The position numbers were made by a program, and so were the translations under genes. Shown in pieces: positions 1 through 10,513 of a DNA stretch of 64,000 bases (its first letter is position 1; the number at the start of each line of letters is the position of its first letter). The notes under the pieces were generated by a model. It worked only from the letters and a program-made list of their open reading frames with translations. It was not told the origin of the DNA and made no database searches. Source of the DNA: Thermodesulfobacteriota bacterium (GTDB lineage Bacteria; Desulfobacterota_D; UBA1144; Nemesobacterales; Nemesobacteraceae); contig OZ241855.1 in the NCBI GenBank assembly GCA_965202785.1, forward strand, positions 1,344,001 through 1,408,000, in the 5' to 3' direction.

Positions 1-68
1 GCTGCGGGGCTTCTGAGAACAAGCCGTTTTGCGACGGTTCACACAAGCGGATCGGTTTCACTGACTAA
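1..68 (+). CDS. 3' end of CDGSH iron-sulfur domain protein (partial)
   Basis: Frame from nt 3 reads CGASENKPFCDGSHKRIGFTD*, the CDGSH [2Fe-2S] motif. Not in the ORF track because it is cut by the window edge. Confidence 0.9.
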   Translation, partial: CGASENKPFCDGSHKRIGFTD

Positions 69-96
69 TAACCTAAGAACCAGGAGAAGATAAAAA

Positions 97-651
97 ATGG
101 TCAAGACTCTATCGACGATGATTCCCTTGGGGAGCGAGGCTCCTGACTTCCGGTTGCCGGATGTTGTAAGCGGTAGCGAACTGTCGCTTGGCGATCTCAA
201 GTCGGATGTTGCAACGGTGCTTATGTTTATATGCAACCACTGTCCTTACGTAAAGCACCTGCAGGGTGGGCTGGTGGAAGTTGCCGATGAGTACATTTCC
301 AAGGGAGTTTCCTTCATAGCGATAAATTCAAACGATGTTGAGAACTACCCTGATGATTCTCCCGAGAGAATGAAGGAAGTCGCAGAGAAAAAGGGATACT
401 CGTTTCCCTATCTGTTCGATGAGACGCAGGAAATCGCCAAGGCCTATGACGCCGCCTGCACCCCCGACTTTTTCGTTTATGACCGCGACCTGAAATGCAT
501 ATACAGGGGACAGTTTGACGACTCGAGACCCGGAAACGGAAAACCGGTTACCGGTAAGGATATGCGTATGGCACTCGATTCCATTATAGCGGGCCAGACA
601 ATTGAATGGGAGCAGATTCCGAGCATCGGGTGCAACATAAAATGGAAATAG
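97..651 (+). CDS. Thioredoxin-fold AhpC/TSA family protein
   Basis: [19 protein letters not shown] and SIGCNIKW motifs; AGGAGA RBS. Confidence 0.9.
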   Translation: MVKTLSTMIPLGSEAPDFRLPDVVSGSELSLGDLKSDVATVLMFICNHCPYVKHLQGGLVEVADEYISKGVSFIAINSNDVENYPDDSPERMKEVAEKKGYSFPYLFDETQEIAKAYDAACTPDFFVYDRDLKCIYRGQFDDSRPGNGKPVTGKDMRMALDSIIAGQTIEWEQIPSIGCNIKWK

Positions 652-760
652 TGCGGTTTTCCCTGCCACGTGGGACCGTCCGGAAGGAAAAAGAGGGCCA
701 CCCAGTGTCCGCAACTTGGAACTTCATCCTCTTGTTCTGTGGGTGTTTTCGCGCATAACC

Positions 761-2461
761 ATGAAATCAAAGACGGACAAAGATGGATCCCCGGAATCCG
801 AGGATTTCATAAGAGCCAGAATAAGAAGCGATCTTCAGGCTGGTATTGCAAAGCCCGTTACCCGTTTTCCGCCCGAGCCCAACGGCTATCTCCATATAGG
901 CCATGCGAAATCCATATGTCTTAATTTCGGTATAGCCGAGGAATTCGGCGGAACATGCAACCTGCGTTTTGACGATACCAACCCCTCAAAGGAAGACGTA
1001 AGATATGAAGAGGCTATTAGGGAAGACGTCAAGTGGCTCGGGTTTGACTGGGAAGACAGGACCTATTACGCCTCTGATTATTTCGAGCAGCTCTATGAAT
1101 ACGCCCTGAGGCTGATAAGCGAGGGGAAAGCCTATGTTGACGACCTGAGTGCTGAGGAAATAAGAGAATACCGGGGAACACTTTCGGAACCCGGCAGGGA
1201 GAGTCCTTCAAGGGGAAGATCCGTTGAGGAGAACCTGAAGCTTTTCCAGGCGATGAGAGACGGGGATTTCGACGATGGACAGTACGTGCTCCGGGCGAAA
1301 ATAGACATGGCTTCGGGCAATATGAACATGCGCGACCCGGTCATGTACCGGATAATGAAGAAGTCCCACGCCCGTGCCAGGGATTACTGGTCCATTTATC
1401 CGATGTATGACTGGGCCCACGGGCAGAGCGACTCCATTGAGGGCATAACACATTCGCTCTGCACTCTTGAGTTTGAGGACCACCGGCCTCTTTACGACTG
1501 GTTTATCGCCCAGCTCGGCATATACCATTCCCAGCAGATCGAGTTCGCGAGACTCAACCTCAGCTACACGGTTCTCAGCAAAAGAAATCTCATGAAGCTG
1601 GTTTCCGAGGGATATGTAAGCGGGTGGGACGATCCTAGGATGCCCACGATCTCGGGATTGCGCAGAAGAGGGTACACGCCTGAGTCGATAAGGGATTTCT
1701 GCCGAAAAATAGGTATCACGAAACAGGACAGCGTGATAGACATGGAGCTTCTCGAGCACAGCGTAAGGGAAGATCTTAACAAGAGGGCGCAGAGGGTTAT
1801 GGCGGTGCTTGACCCTCTGAAAGTGGTGATAATTAATTATCCCGAAGATGCAGGAGAGGAGCTCGAAGCGGTAAACAATCCGGAAGATCCCTCCATGGGA
1901 AAAAGAAAGGTTCCTTTTTCAAAAGAGCTTTTCATTGAAAGGGATGACTTCATGGAGGATCCGCCGAAAAAGTTCTACAGGCTCTCACCGGGTTCCGAAG
2001 TGCGCCTGCGCTACGCATACATAGTGAGGTGCGTGGGTTTTGAGCGCGACCCGACGACCGGAGAAGTAACCGAGGTTCACTGTGAATACGACCCAGAGAC
2101 AAGAGGCGGGAGCGCGCCTGACGGGAGGAAGGTAAGAGGCACCATACACTGGGTGTGCGCGAAAAACGCCTCAAGTGTTACCGTAAGGCTCTACGACAGA
2201 CTTTTCACCGTCCCGAACCCAATGGCTGACAAGCAGAGGGAATTCACCGAATTTCTAAATCCCGATTCCCTTAAGACACTTGAGAACTGCGCGGCCGAAC
2301 CGGCTCTTGGGGACTGTTCAGGGGAGACTAACTACCAGTTTGAAAGAAAGGGGTATTTCATCCTTGATTCCGTGGATTCGCAACCTGGCGCGTCCGTTTT
2401 TAACAGAACGGTTTCTCTTAGGGATTCATGGAGCCGCCGCTCGGAGGGCAAAACGGCCTGA
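761..2461 (+). CDS. glnS: Glutamine--tRNA ligase
   Basis: [17 protein letters not shown] (HIGH), [12 protein letters not shown] and QFERKGYF motifs; ATG 761 preferred over TTG 716. Confidence 0.95.
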   Translation: MKSKTDKDGSPESEDFIRARIRSDLQAGIAKPVTRFPPEPNGYLHIGHAKSICLNFGIAEEFGGTCNLRFDDTNPSKEDVRYEEAIREDVKWLGFDWEDRTYYASDYFEQLYEYALRLISEGKAYVDDLSAEEIREYRGTLSEPGRESPSRGRSVEENLKLFQAMRDGDFDDGQYVLRAKIDMASGNMNMRDPVMYRIMKKSHARARDYWSIYPMYDWAHGQSDSIEGITHSLCTLEFEDHRPLYDWFIAQLGIYHSQQIEFARLNLSYTVLSKRNLMKLVSEGYVSGWDDPRMPTISGLRRRGYTPESIRDFCRKIGITKQDSVIDMELLEHSVREDLNKRAQRVMAVLDPLKVVIINYPEDAGEELEAVNNPEDPSMGKRKVPFSKELFIERDDFMEDPPKKFYRLSPGSEVRLRYAYIVRCVGFERDPTTGEVTEVHCEYDPETRGGSAPDGRKVRGTIHWVCAKNASSVTVRLYDRLFTVPNPMADKQREFTEFLNPDSLKTLENCAAEPALGDCSGETNYQFERKGYFILDSVDSQPGASVFNRTVSLRDSWSRRSEGKTA

Positions 2462-2491
2462 TTTCGGCTTTCGCGCGGATGGAGAAACGTT

Positions 2492-3268
2492 ATGAGTTGG
2501 GAAATTAAAAGAATTGGTGACGTAGCGGTCGTGCACATGAACTCAAACCCGATGAACGTCATGGGAGAGGGTTTTTTCAGCGATCTTCAAGAGGCTTTCG
2601 CAACGCTTGAGAGCGATCACACGGAAAGCCCCGTGGTACTTACCTCTTCTCAAAGGGCTTTTTCCGCGGGCCTTGATCTTAAGTACCATCTTTCGCTTTT
2701 TAGCGCCGGGGACGAAGAGGAAATCTGGCAGTGGTACAAGCGTTTTTGCGGGGCCTTGCTTCGGGTTTTTACTTATGAAAGACCTGTTGTGGCTGCGGTA
2801 AACGGTCACGCGATAGCAGGTGGGCTTATACTGGCGCTCTGCTGCGATTACAGGGTATGCGTTGATTCAGGAGCAAGATTCGGTCTTAATGAAATCACCA
2901 TAGGTTTTCCTATTCCTTCGGCGATAGCGCAGATCGTGCTTTACGTGCTGGGTACGGCAATCGCGCAGCAGGTGATGACGACAGGTTTTCTTTACGAACC
3001 CCGCGATGCCGTCAGACTCGGCTTTTTCGATGAAAGCCGCGAAGCGGACGAGCTTCTCTCTCACTGCGTTGAGTTCGCGGGACAGTACGGTCCGTCGCTT
3101 ATTCCCGGCTACGCCTTCTCTAAAAGGGCTCTTCGCCGCGAGGTCGTGGCGAATATGGAAGGAACCTGTACCGAGGTTGACAGGGAACTTCCGAAAATTC
3201 TGCGCAGCCCGGGGGTTTTGGAGAGCCTCGGGGCTCTGGTTGAAGCTCTGGGGAAAAAGAAACAATGA
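2492..3268 (+). CDS. Enoyl-CoA hydratase/isomerase family protein
   Basis: FSAGLDL, VAAVNGHAIAGG, GLNE crotonase motifs. Confidence 0.9.
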   Translation: MSWEIKRIGDVAVVHMNSNPMNVMGEGFFSDLQEAFATLESDHTESPVVLTSSQRAFSAGLDLKYHLSLFSAGDEEEIWQWYKRFCGALLRVFTYERPVVAAVNGHAIAGGLILALCCDYRVCVDSGARFGLNEITIGFPIPSAIAQIVLYVLGTAIAQQVMTTGFLYEPRDAVRLGFFDESREADELLSHCVEFAGQYGPSLIPGYAFSKRALRREVVANMEGTCTEVDRELPKILRSPGVLESLGALVEALGKKKQ

Positions 3269-3287
3269 TAATTTTGCAGGAAGAACT

Positions 3288-3776
3288 TTGAAAGAAGTCA
3301 CCGTAAGAAAAGCCACTGGCGAGGATGCGGAGGCGATGGCCCTGATACTGAGAGAGATCGGCTGGTCTGAGAGAAGGAATTCCCTTCCGATTGAAGAAGT
3401 ATCGTCTCCGATTCGGGATCTCATACTTCAAACCGACGGGGATCCGGAAGGACACACAATGTACGTGGCCTGTGATTCCGGGGGAAGAGTCCTCGGGTTC
3501 ACTACCGTGCACTGGGTACCGTTCGTTATGCTCGGAAGCTACGAGGGCTATGTCTCGGACCTGTTCGTAAGTCCTTCGGCAAGTGGAATGGGAGCCGGGA
3601 GCCGCCTTATCGAGGCAGTTATGGAAGAGGGCAAAAAAAGGGATGTTTACCGTCTGATGGTGACCAACGGCAAGGACAAGCCATCGTATTTGCGGGGCTT
3701 TTACAGAAAAAAAGGGTGGACGGAACGGCCTAAGGTCGCTAACTTTACCTACTACTACAAGGAACCTTGGTCATAG
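3288..3776 (+). CDS. GNAT family N-acetyltransferase
   Basis: LFVSPSASGMGAGSRL acetyl-CoA motif A and FYRKKGW; probable TTG start at 3288 after AGGAAG. Confidence 0.85.
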   Translation: MKEVTVRKATGEDAEAMALILREIGWSERRNSLPIEEVSSPIRDLILQTDGDPEGHTMYVACDSGGRVLGFTTVHWVPFVMLGSYEGYVSDLFVSPSASGMGAGSRLIEAVMEEGKKRDVYRLMVTNGKDKPSYLRGFYRKKGWTERPKVANFTYYYKEPWS

Positions 3777-3825
3777 CCTTACAGGCAGAAGCAATCAAAA
3801 ACCAGGAAACGGATTTTAACTGAAA

Positions 3826-4695
3826 ATGGCGGAAAAACAGGAAGAAGCAATTCTGCTGGTGCACTCCCCGGACCGTCCCGGTCTTGTTAATGCGGTCACC
3901 AACTTTATATTCGAATACGGGGGTAATATCCACGCGCTGCAGCATTGTGTTGACACGAACGACATGGTGACCTTTATCCGGGCCAAGTGGGGGATGGACG
4001 GCTTTACTCTCTCCCGCGAGGAGACGGAGGAAATTTTCCGCGAGAAAGTAGCGAAGAAACTCGACATGAAATTCGAGGTTTTCTTTACGGGAGACATCCC
4101 GCGCATGGCAGTTTTCGTTTCCAAGCTTCCCCACTGCCTTTCGGACATAATTTACAGACTCCGCGCCAGGGAATGGAACGTTGAGATGCCTCTTGTGATA
4201 AGCAATCATCCGGATCTCAGGGATGTGGCAGGCCTTCATGGAGCGGATTTCTACGTGTTCGAGAACGTTCGGAAGAACAAGGAAGAGGTGGAGGCAGAGC
4301 AGCTTGAACTTCTTCGCGCCTACAATGTGGATTTCATAGTGCTTGCAAGGTATATGCAGATTTTTACCGAGAATTTCGTATCGCATTACCCCAACAGAAT
4401 AATGAATATCCATCATTCGTTTCTTCCGGCCTTTCCCGGGGCGCGCCCTTATCACTCCGCGTATGAAAGGGGGGTTAAGGTGGTCGGAGCAACTTGTCAT
4501 TACGTAACCGAGGAACTCGATTCGGGACCCATAATAGAGCAGGATGTCATAAAGGTTAACTATGATGATTCGATAGACGACCTCAAAAGAAAGGGGCAGG
4601 ATCTTGAGAAGTTGGTTCTTTCAAATGCGATCTGGTCCCATATAAACCGGGAAATTTTGATTTACAAAAACAGGACAATCGTATTCAATAAGTAG
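3826..4695 (+). CDS. purU: Formyltetrahydrofolate deformylase
   Basis: N-terminal ACT (PDRPGLV), VLARYMQI, NIHHSFLPAFPGARPY, GATCHYVTEELDSGPII. Confidence 0.95.
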   Translation: MAEKQEEAILLVHSPDRPGLVNAVTNFIFEYGGNIHALQHCVDTNDMVTFIRAKWGMDGFTLSREETEEIFREKVAKKLDMKFEVFFTGDIPRMAVFVSKLPHCLSDIIYRLRAREWNVEMPLVISNHPDLRDVAGLHGADFYVFENVRKNKEEVEAEQLELLRAYNVDFIVLARYMQIFTENFVSHYPNRIMNIHHSFLPAFPGARPYHSAYERGVKVVGATCHYVTEELDSGPIIEQDVIKVNYDDSIDDLKRKGQDLEKLVLSNAIWSHINREILIYKNRTIVFNK

Positions 4696-4731
4696 GGGAA
4701 GTTTTTGCGATTCCCTACGGGTGGGTGAAAA

Positions 4732-5568
4732 ATGAAGTTCAAAGGCACAAACGATTACATAGCCACAAACGACTTGGCCGTGGCCGTTAACGCGGCCATT
4801 ACGCTTGAGCGTCCGCTTCTTGTTAAGGGCGAACCGGGAACGGGCAAGACCATGCTCGCGTTTGAGGTCGCAAAAGCCCTTGGAAAGTCGCTTATAACCT
4901 GGCACATAAAGTCCACCACAACTGCCCAGCAGGGTCTCTACGAATACGACGCCGTTGCCAGACTTCGCGACTCTCAGCTCGGAGACGAGAGGGTAAACGA
5001 TATCTCAAACTACATAAAGAAAGGAAAGCTCTGGGAGGCTTTCGAGAATCCCGAACAGGTAGTGCTTCTGATTGACGAGATAGACAAGGCGGACATAGAG
5101 TTTCCAAACGACCTTCTTTTGGAGCTCGACAGGATGGAGTTTTACTGCTACGAGCTCAAAAAAACCGTAAAGGCGGTTAAAAGAGTCATAGTGATAATTA
5201 CCTCGAATAACGAAAAGGAACTTCCGGACGCCTTTTTGAGAAGGTGCTTTTTTCACTACATAGCTTTTCCCGACCGAAAGACTCTTGAGAAAATAGTTAA
5301 GGTGCATTACCCCGATCTCGAGCGAAAGCTCATGGATAACGCGCTCACCCTCTTTTATTCCGTAAGGGAAATTGACGGCCTTAAGAAAAAACCCTCCACG
5401 AGCGAACTTATAGACTGGATAAAGCTGCTTGCGGCCGACCGCGTGGCCGCCGGAGAACTCCCCGAAGTGGATATTGAAGAGAACCTCCCGCCTTACTCGG
5501 GTGCGCTTATCAAGAACGAGGCGGACTACGAGATGCTCGAGGCGATCAGGCGAAGATTCAGAAGGTAG
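4732..5568 (+). CDS. MoxR family AAA+ ATPase
   Basis: Walker A GEPGTGKT, LLIDEIDKAD, ELPDAFLRRC. Confidence 0.9.
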   Translation: MKFKGTNDYIATNDLAVAVNAAITLERPLLVKGEPGTGKTMLAFEVAKALGKSLITWHIKSTTTAQQGLYEYDAVARLRDSQLGDERVNDISNYIKKGKLWEAFENPEQVVLLIDEIDKADIEFPNDLLLELDRMEFYCYELKKTVKAVKRVIVIITSNNEKELPDAFLRRCFFHYIAFPDRKTLEKIVKVHYPDLERKLMDNALTLFYSVREIDGLKKKPSTSELIDWIKLLAADRVAAGELPEVDIEENLPPYSGALIKNEADYEMLEAIRRRFRR

Positions 5569-5579
5569 GGGATAAGTTC

Positions 5580-6794
5580 ATGTTTCTTGATTTCTTCCTG
5601 CTGCTTAAAAACGACGGATTTCCCGTCACCCTAAAAGAGTATCTTACTTTTCTCGAAGCCCTTGACCGCGACGTGATCGGTTACGACACGACCGATTTCT
5701 ACTATCTAAGCCGTTGCGTAATGGTGAAGGACGAGCGGCATCTGGACAGATTCGACAAGCTTTTTTCCGCTTATTTCAGAGGGGCTCAGCTCGCCGATAC
5801 CGAGCAGTTCATGCAGATTCCGCTTGAGTGGCTGCGCAAAAACTTTGAGAATGTCCTCTCCGAAGAGGATAAGCAGATGATTCGTTCCATGGGCGGGCTT
5901 GAAGAACTGATGGAGAGATTGAGGGAGATTTTCGAGAAGCAGAAAAAACGCCACCAAGGCGGGAACAGGTGGATAGGCACGGGCGGCACTTCTCCCTACG
6001 GAGCATACGGTTACAATCCCGCCGGTGTTCGAATAGGGCAGGACGGAGGTAGGCAGAGGCGGGCAGTCAAGGTGTGGGACAAAAGAGAGTTTCGCGATCT
6101 TGACGATTCGGTGGAATTAAACGTGAGGAACATGAAAATGGCCCTGAGAAAGCTCAGGGTTCTCACGAGAGAGGGGGTGGGGGAGGAGCTTGACATTGAC
6201 AAGACGGTCGACAGGACTTCAAAAAACGCTGGGCTGCTTGACCTTGAGTTTGTCCCTTCGCGTAAAAACAACGTCAAGGTTCTTATGTTCTTTGACGTCG
6301 GAGGTTCAATGGAAGATCATGTTGAGCTTTGCTCGAGGCTTTTCTCTGCCGCCAAGCATGAGTTCAAGCACCTTGAATTCTACTACTTTCACAACTGCAT
6401 ATACGAGGCCGTATGGAAAGACAACGCAAGACGCTTCAGCGAGAGGATTCCCACTTTCTCGGTGCTCAACAAATACAACGGCGATTACAAGTGCGTTATA
6501 GTCGGTGACGCCTCCATGTCCCCGTGGGAACTTGTGTATCCCAACGGAAGCGTTGAACACAATAACGATGAGCCGGGCCTTCTGTGGCTTAACAGGATAA
6601 AGGCGAAATATCCTTTTACGGTGTGGCTTAACCCAGTGCCGCAAGATGAATGGAAGTGGACTGAAAGCATAGGCATGCTGAACGATTTTTACGAAGGCAA
6701 CATGTTTCCCCTTACGCTCTCGGGCATAAAGGACGCTATTCTGACTCTCAAGCGGCGCCCCGGCCACCGCGGTGCGTCGGAACTCCCGGCGTGA
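5580..6794 (+). CDS. VWA domain (CoxE-like) protein, MoxR partner
   Basis: MIDAS-like DVGGSM, YFHNC, VGDASM, WLNP; adjacent to MoxR. Confidence 0.88.
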   Translation: MFLDFFLLLKNDGFPVTLKEYLTFLEALDRDVIGYDTTDFYYLSRCVMVKDERHLDRFDKLFSAYFRGAQLADTEQFMQIPLEWLRKNFENVLSEEDKQMIRSMGGLEELMERLREIFEKQKKRHQGGNRWIGTGGTSPYGAYGYNPAGVRIGQDGGRQRRAVKVWDKREFRDLDDSVELNVRNMKMALRKLRVLTREGVGEELDIDKTVDRTSKNAGLLDLEFVPSRKNNVKVLMFFDVGGSMEDHVELCSRLFSAAKHEFKHLEFYYFHNCIYEAVWKDNARRFSERIPTFSVLNKYNGDYKCVIVGDASMSPWELVYPNGSVEHNNDEPGLLWLNRIKAKYPFTVWLNPVPQDEWKWTESIGMLNDFYEGNMFPLTLSGIKDAILTLKRRPGHRGASELPA

Positions 6795-7585
6795 TGAGGG
6801 TATACACCGTTGATGCTTTTACCGACGGGCCGAATTCCGGGAATCCGGCCGCCGTGTGCATTCTTGAAAAAGAAATACCGGATCGGACGAAACAGCAGAT
6901 CGCTTCCCGGGTAAACCTCTCGGAGACGGCTTTTTTACTCAAAAGAGGAGGTCTTTTTGAACTCAGATGGTTTACTCCCAAGATGGAAGTTGACCTTTGC
7001 GGGCACGCCACCCTTGCAAGCGCCCATATCCTTTTCACTCTCGGCATCCTTCCCGATATGGAAGACGCTGTGTTTTCCACAAAAAGCGGGATTCTTACCG
7101 CGAGGAGAAAAAACGATCTTATAGAGATGGATTTTCCCTCTGAGGACCCTTGGGAAGTTGAGATGCCGGAAGACCTGCTCATGGCAATTCCCCAAGTTCC
7201 CATCTACGTGGGCAGAAACCGCTTTGATTACATAGCTCTTTACGAGAGCGAAGAGACGGTGAGAAACGCTGTCCCGGAACTCACCCACATCAGGAACCTT
7301 GATTCCAGGGGACTTATAATAACGAGCGTCTCAAGTTCTCACCGTTATGATTTCGTATCGCGTTTTTTCGCTCCTAACGCCGGGATAGAGGAGGATCCGG
7401 TTACGGGGTCTGCTCACTGCTGCCTTTGTCCTTTCTGGAGCCGGAGGCTAGGGAAAAAAGAACTCGCGGGCTATCAGGCGTCAGAAAGAGGAGGCCTTGT
7501 TAATACAAGACTTCTTGAGAAAAGAGTCTCTCTGTCGGGGAAGGCGGTTATTGATGGAAGCTTCGAAATCAATCCGGAGTCATAA
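6791..7585 (+). CDS. PhzF family isomerase/epimerase
   Basis: VDAFT..GNPAAV, NLSETAF, EVDLCGHATLA, EDPVTGSAH. Confidence 0.92.
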   Translation: MMRVYTVDAFTDGPNSGNPAAVCILEKEIPDRTKQQIASRVNLSETAFLLKRGGLFELRWFTPKMEVDLCGHATLASAHILFTLGILPDMEDAVFSTKSGILTARRKNDLIEMDFPSEDPWEVEMPEDLLMAIPQVPIYVGRNRFDYIALYESEETVRNAVPELTHIRNLDSRGLIITSVSSSHRYDFVSRFFAPNAGIEEDPVTGSAHCCLCPFWSRRLGKKELAGYQASERGGLVNTRLLEKRVSLSGKAVIDGSFEINPES

Positions 7586-7613
7586 GGGAACTTGGATCTG
7601 CCGCTTGCCAGAA

Positions 7614-7641
7614 TTCACAAAACTTTTTTTTTCGGTAGAAT
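7614..7641 (+). promoter_or_regulatory. Putative sigma70 promoter of the tRNA pair
   Basis: TTCACA-N16-TAGAAT about 20 nt upstream of tRNA-Cys. Confidence 0.5.
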
Positions 7642-7661
7642 TTAAAATCCCATGTTACAGG

Positions 7662-7736
7662 GGCGGCGTAGCCAAGAGGTAAGGCAACGGTCTGCAAAAC
7701 CGTCATACCCCGGTTCGATTCCGGGCGCCGCCTCCA
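7662..7736 (+). tRNA. tRNA-Cys (GCA)
   Basis: Acceptor GGCGGCG/CGCCGCC, anticodon loop CTGCAAA, T-loop GGTTCGATTCC, U73 discriminator, encoded CCA. Confidence 0.97.
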
Positions 7737-7760
7737 GTTCTGAACTCCGTTCAGCGTAAT

Positions 7761-7845
7761 GCCCGGGTGGCGGAATTGGTAGACGCAAGGGACTTAAAAT
7801 CCCTCGGGAGTATCTCCCGTGCCGGTTCGAGTCCGGCCCTGGGCA
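7761..7845 (+). tRNA. tRNA-Leu (TAA)
   Basis: GCCCGGG/CCTGGGC acceptor, anticodon loop CTTAAAA, long variable arm GGGAG-TAT-CTCCC, GGTTCGAGTCC; CCA not encoded. Confidence 0.97.
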
Positions 7846-7948
7846 CTTTTTTCTACCAAATTCCAAAACGAATGTGTTAGAATGTGAGATATTATGTAAC
7901 GAATAGTACTAGTTACGACAAACGGCTGATTTCAAGGAGGCTTTGGAG

Positions 7949-10420
7949 ATGAATTTTAGAACTCAGTTTAGTGCTGTTATTTTTGCATTGGTTTTCTCGT
8001 TTGCGCTGGTTTTTTCGCTAAATGCTGTTGCCCAAGATGGGCAGGGAAGCCAGGATGAACAGAAAGAAAATCTCAGTGCGTTGGAAGAGGGCAGTTACAC
8101 ACTTCGGAAAATGCTTGTGACCGCCACCAAGCGCGTTCAGCTTGCTCAGGATGTGCCTTTTTCCCTGAATGTCCAGTCAGAGGAGGATATCAAACGTCTT
8201 AACACCACTGACTTGGAGGATCTTTCCCGCAACGTTGCCGGACTCTCCATACAGAACCTCGGACCGGGCCAAAGCGTGGTTACCATCCGCGGCATTTCTT
8301 CCGGACAGATAGTGCGGGACCAGCCCGGCGTAAAGGAGCAGGTTGGCGTCTATCTTGACGAAACGCCTATATCATTGTCGCTTTTTACTCCTGACATCGA
8401 TCTTTTCGACCTTAACCGTGTGGAAACTCTGAGGGGACCTCAGGGCACGCTCTTCGGATCAGGCTCGATCGGCGGTACCGTTCGCTATATAACCAACCAG
8501 CCGCTTCTAGGTGTAAACGAGGTTAAAGTCGAGATTGACGGTAACTATATTGATGAAGGTTCCACGGGGGGTCATCTCAAAACTGCCCTCAATGTTCCTC
8601 TGGGTGATGACGCGGCCGTTCGACTGGTTGCTTATGGCACCAGATACGGCGGTTTCATCGATGCGCACAAAGAAGGGGGCGCTGTGGATGAGGATGTAAA
8701 CGACGGCACCCGTCACGGTGGGCGTATTTCCCTTTTATGGGAGCCAACCGAAAACTTGTCCATTACTCCGCGAGTTATATATCAGAACATTGATCTTGGA
8801 GGTTTTAACCGCGACGAGGTATTTAACCTTTTTGCAAACCCCTATACTGATCCCGCCATACGTACCCCAATCACGCTTGGTGAGAGGGAACAGTTTTTGC
8901 TGCTTGATGAGGCTTTTGAAGACGAAACCTTGATTCTAGACGCAGTAGTGGAGTGGGAGATAGAAGATTTTTTTGATGTGACCTACTCGGCAAGCTATAT
9001 AAACCGCGATCTTCTGGTTAGCCGCGACAGCAGTGCGCTGACCGGAAGCGTGGGCGTAAACCCATTCGGTTCAGGCCCATTTACTTTTCCAGAAGCCCAA
9101 GTCTCAATCCCTGGCAATCTGCGTGATACTACCGACTTGGAGCAGATGACCCATGAACTGCGCTTAAGTTCAGACGACGACAGTGCACTTCAGTGGCTTG
9201 CGGGTGTTTTCTACGCGAATGTGGAGCGTGATTATTCGCAGCGCAATCTCACTCCAGGTTATGACGCTCTAGCTCTTGAACATGTTCTTAGCAATATAGG
9301 TTTGGCACTGGAAGATATCAGCAATGGCTTCCCCGATGTAGATTCTAACTATAGTTCCGATCTTACGTACGATTTGAGGCAGGTCGCGATTTTCGGAGAA
9401 GCGACCTACACGTTGCTTGAACGTCTGGACGTAACGGCAGGTCTACGCTGGTATGACTGGGAAGAGGATAAAACTTTCAAATCGGGTGGTGTTTTTTCAA
9501 ATTGGGACGCACAGAATCAGGACATAACGGTTTCCTCCGACGGATTCACGCCTAGATTCATGGTGAGCTACGACGCTAACGACAATGTTACGATTAATGC
9601 CCAAGCTTCCCGTGGATTTCGTCTGGGTGGCATAAATGACCCACTTAACCAAGCCCTTTGCGGAGACGCCTATGATACTTACAGGGTTTATCAGGAGTTT
9701 GAGGATGAGACTCTCTGGAACTATGAGGTTGGTTTTAAATCATCGTTTGAGGTCGTCACGCTTAATGGCTCGGTATTTTATACTGACATTGAGAATCTAG
9801 GTGTAAACGTTGATGCGGGACCGTGCTCATCGCGGGTTTCAATCAGCGTACCAGAATCTCACACTGTGGGAGCGGAACTTGAGTTGTCTATTCAGCCGAC
9901 AAGGTCTTTGTTGCTCGCTTTTGCCGGAAGTTATATCGAAGCAGAGTTTGATTCCACTATCAGAACGGCAGATGGGGATGTGGTTGAGGGAATAGAGGAT
10001 GGTAACAGAATACCTTCGGTTCCTGACTGGCAATTGTCGGGGTCCGCGACCTATACTCTCCCAGGTCTTCTAAGTGCTAGAGAAAGCTATATATCAGGCT
10101 CATGGCAGTTTGTAGGCGATAGCCTAACGCAGTCAGGAGATCAAGTGTCCGGCAAGGGGGTTTTTACACATAATCTTCCCTATGCGGGTATCCCTGCCGA
10201 CCAGACTACAGAAGTTGATCTGCTGCTTGATTCATACCACCTGTTTAATCTTTCCGCGGGCTTGGTATATGACAATATAGAATTCACGGCTTACGTAAAG
10301 AATATTACGGATGAAAACGTTAAGCTTTCGTTTGACCGCGAGCGGGGAGGACGGGCCCGTCTTGCCTACAGAGTGGGTCAGCCCCGTACTTTCGGCGTGG
10401 TTACGCGCATGCGCTTCTGA
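7949..10420 (+). CDS. TonB-dependent outer membrane receptor
   Basis: Signal peptide, TonB-box-like MLVTATKR, plug motif RVETLRGPQGTLFG, C-terminal Phe; ATG 7949 is 8 nt after AAGGAGG. Confidence 0.93.
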   Translation: MNFRTQFSAVIFALVFSFALVFSLNAVAQDGQGSQDEQKENLSALEEGSYTLRKMLVTATKRVQLAQDVPFSLNVQSEEDIKRLNTTDLEDLSRNVAGLSIQNLGPGQSVVTIRGISSGQIVRDQPGVKEQVGVYLDETPISLSLFTPDIDLFDLNRVETLRGPQGTLFGSGSIGGTVRYITNQPLLGVNEVKVEIDGNYIDEGSTGGHLKTALNVPLGDDAAVRLVAYGTRYGGFIDAHKEGGAVDEDVNDGTRHGGRISLLWEPTENLSITPRVIYQNIDLGGFNRDEVFNLFANPYTDPAIRTPITLGEREQFLLLDEAFEDETLILDAVVEWEIEDFFDVTYSASYINRDLLVSRDSSALTGSVGVNPFGSGPFTFPEAQVSIPGNLRDTTDLEQMTHELRLSSDDDSALQWLAGVFYANVERDYSQRNLTPGYDALALEHVLSNIGLALEDISNGFPDVDSNYSSDLTYDLRQVAIFGEATYTLLERLDVTAGLRWYDWEEDKTFKSGGVFSNWDAQNQDITVSSDGFTPRFMVSYDANDNVTINAQASRGFRLGGINDPLNQALCGDAYDTYRVYQEFEDETLWNYEVGFKSSFEVVTLNGSVFYTDIENLGVNVDAGPCSSRVSISVPESHTVGAELELSIQPTRSLLLAFAGSYIEAEFDSTIRTADGDVVEGIEDGNRIPSVPDWQLSGSATYTLPGLLSARESYISGSWQFVGDSLTQSGDQVSGKGVFTHNLPYAGIPADQTTEVDLLLDSYHLFNLSAGLVYDNIEFTAYVKNITDENVKLSFDRERGGRARLAYRVGQPRTFGVVTRMRF

Positions 10421-10478
10421 TGAGATAGCTGGGAAGGTGTATTAAGCTCATCTTCCTTGTTAAAAATGAGACTTGCAC

Positions 10479-10513
10479 CTTGCAATTGCGGTATTTAATG
10501 CCGCAATTGCAAG
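10479..10513. terminator. 17-bp inverted repeat between convergent genes (putative bidirectional terminator or operator)
   Basis: CTTGCAATTGCGGTATT-T-AATGCCGCAATTGCAAG, one G:T pair. Confidence 0.55.

Noticed and set aside
678-689. GTCCGGAAGGAA resembles the SRP (4.5S) RNA helix-8 tetraloop
   Set aside because: The flanking conserved CAGG and AGCAG internal-loop bases are absent, and there is no long enclosing helix.
4732-6794. MoxR-VWA pair as a novel system
   Set aside because: A widespread, well-known chaperone-like pair with no unusual features here.
7662-7845. tRNA-Leu lacks an encoded CCA, and tRNA-Gly is missing from the usual Gly-Cys-Leu cluster
   Set aside because: Common variation, handled by the CCA-adding enzyme.
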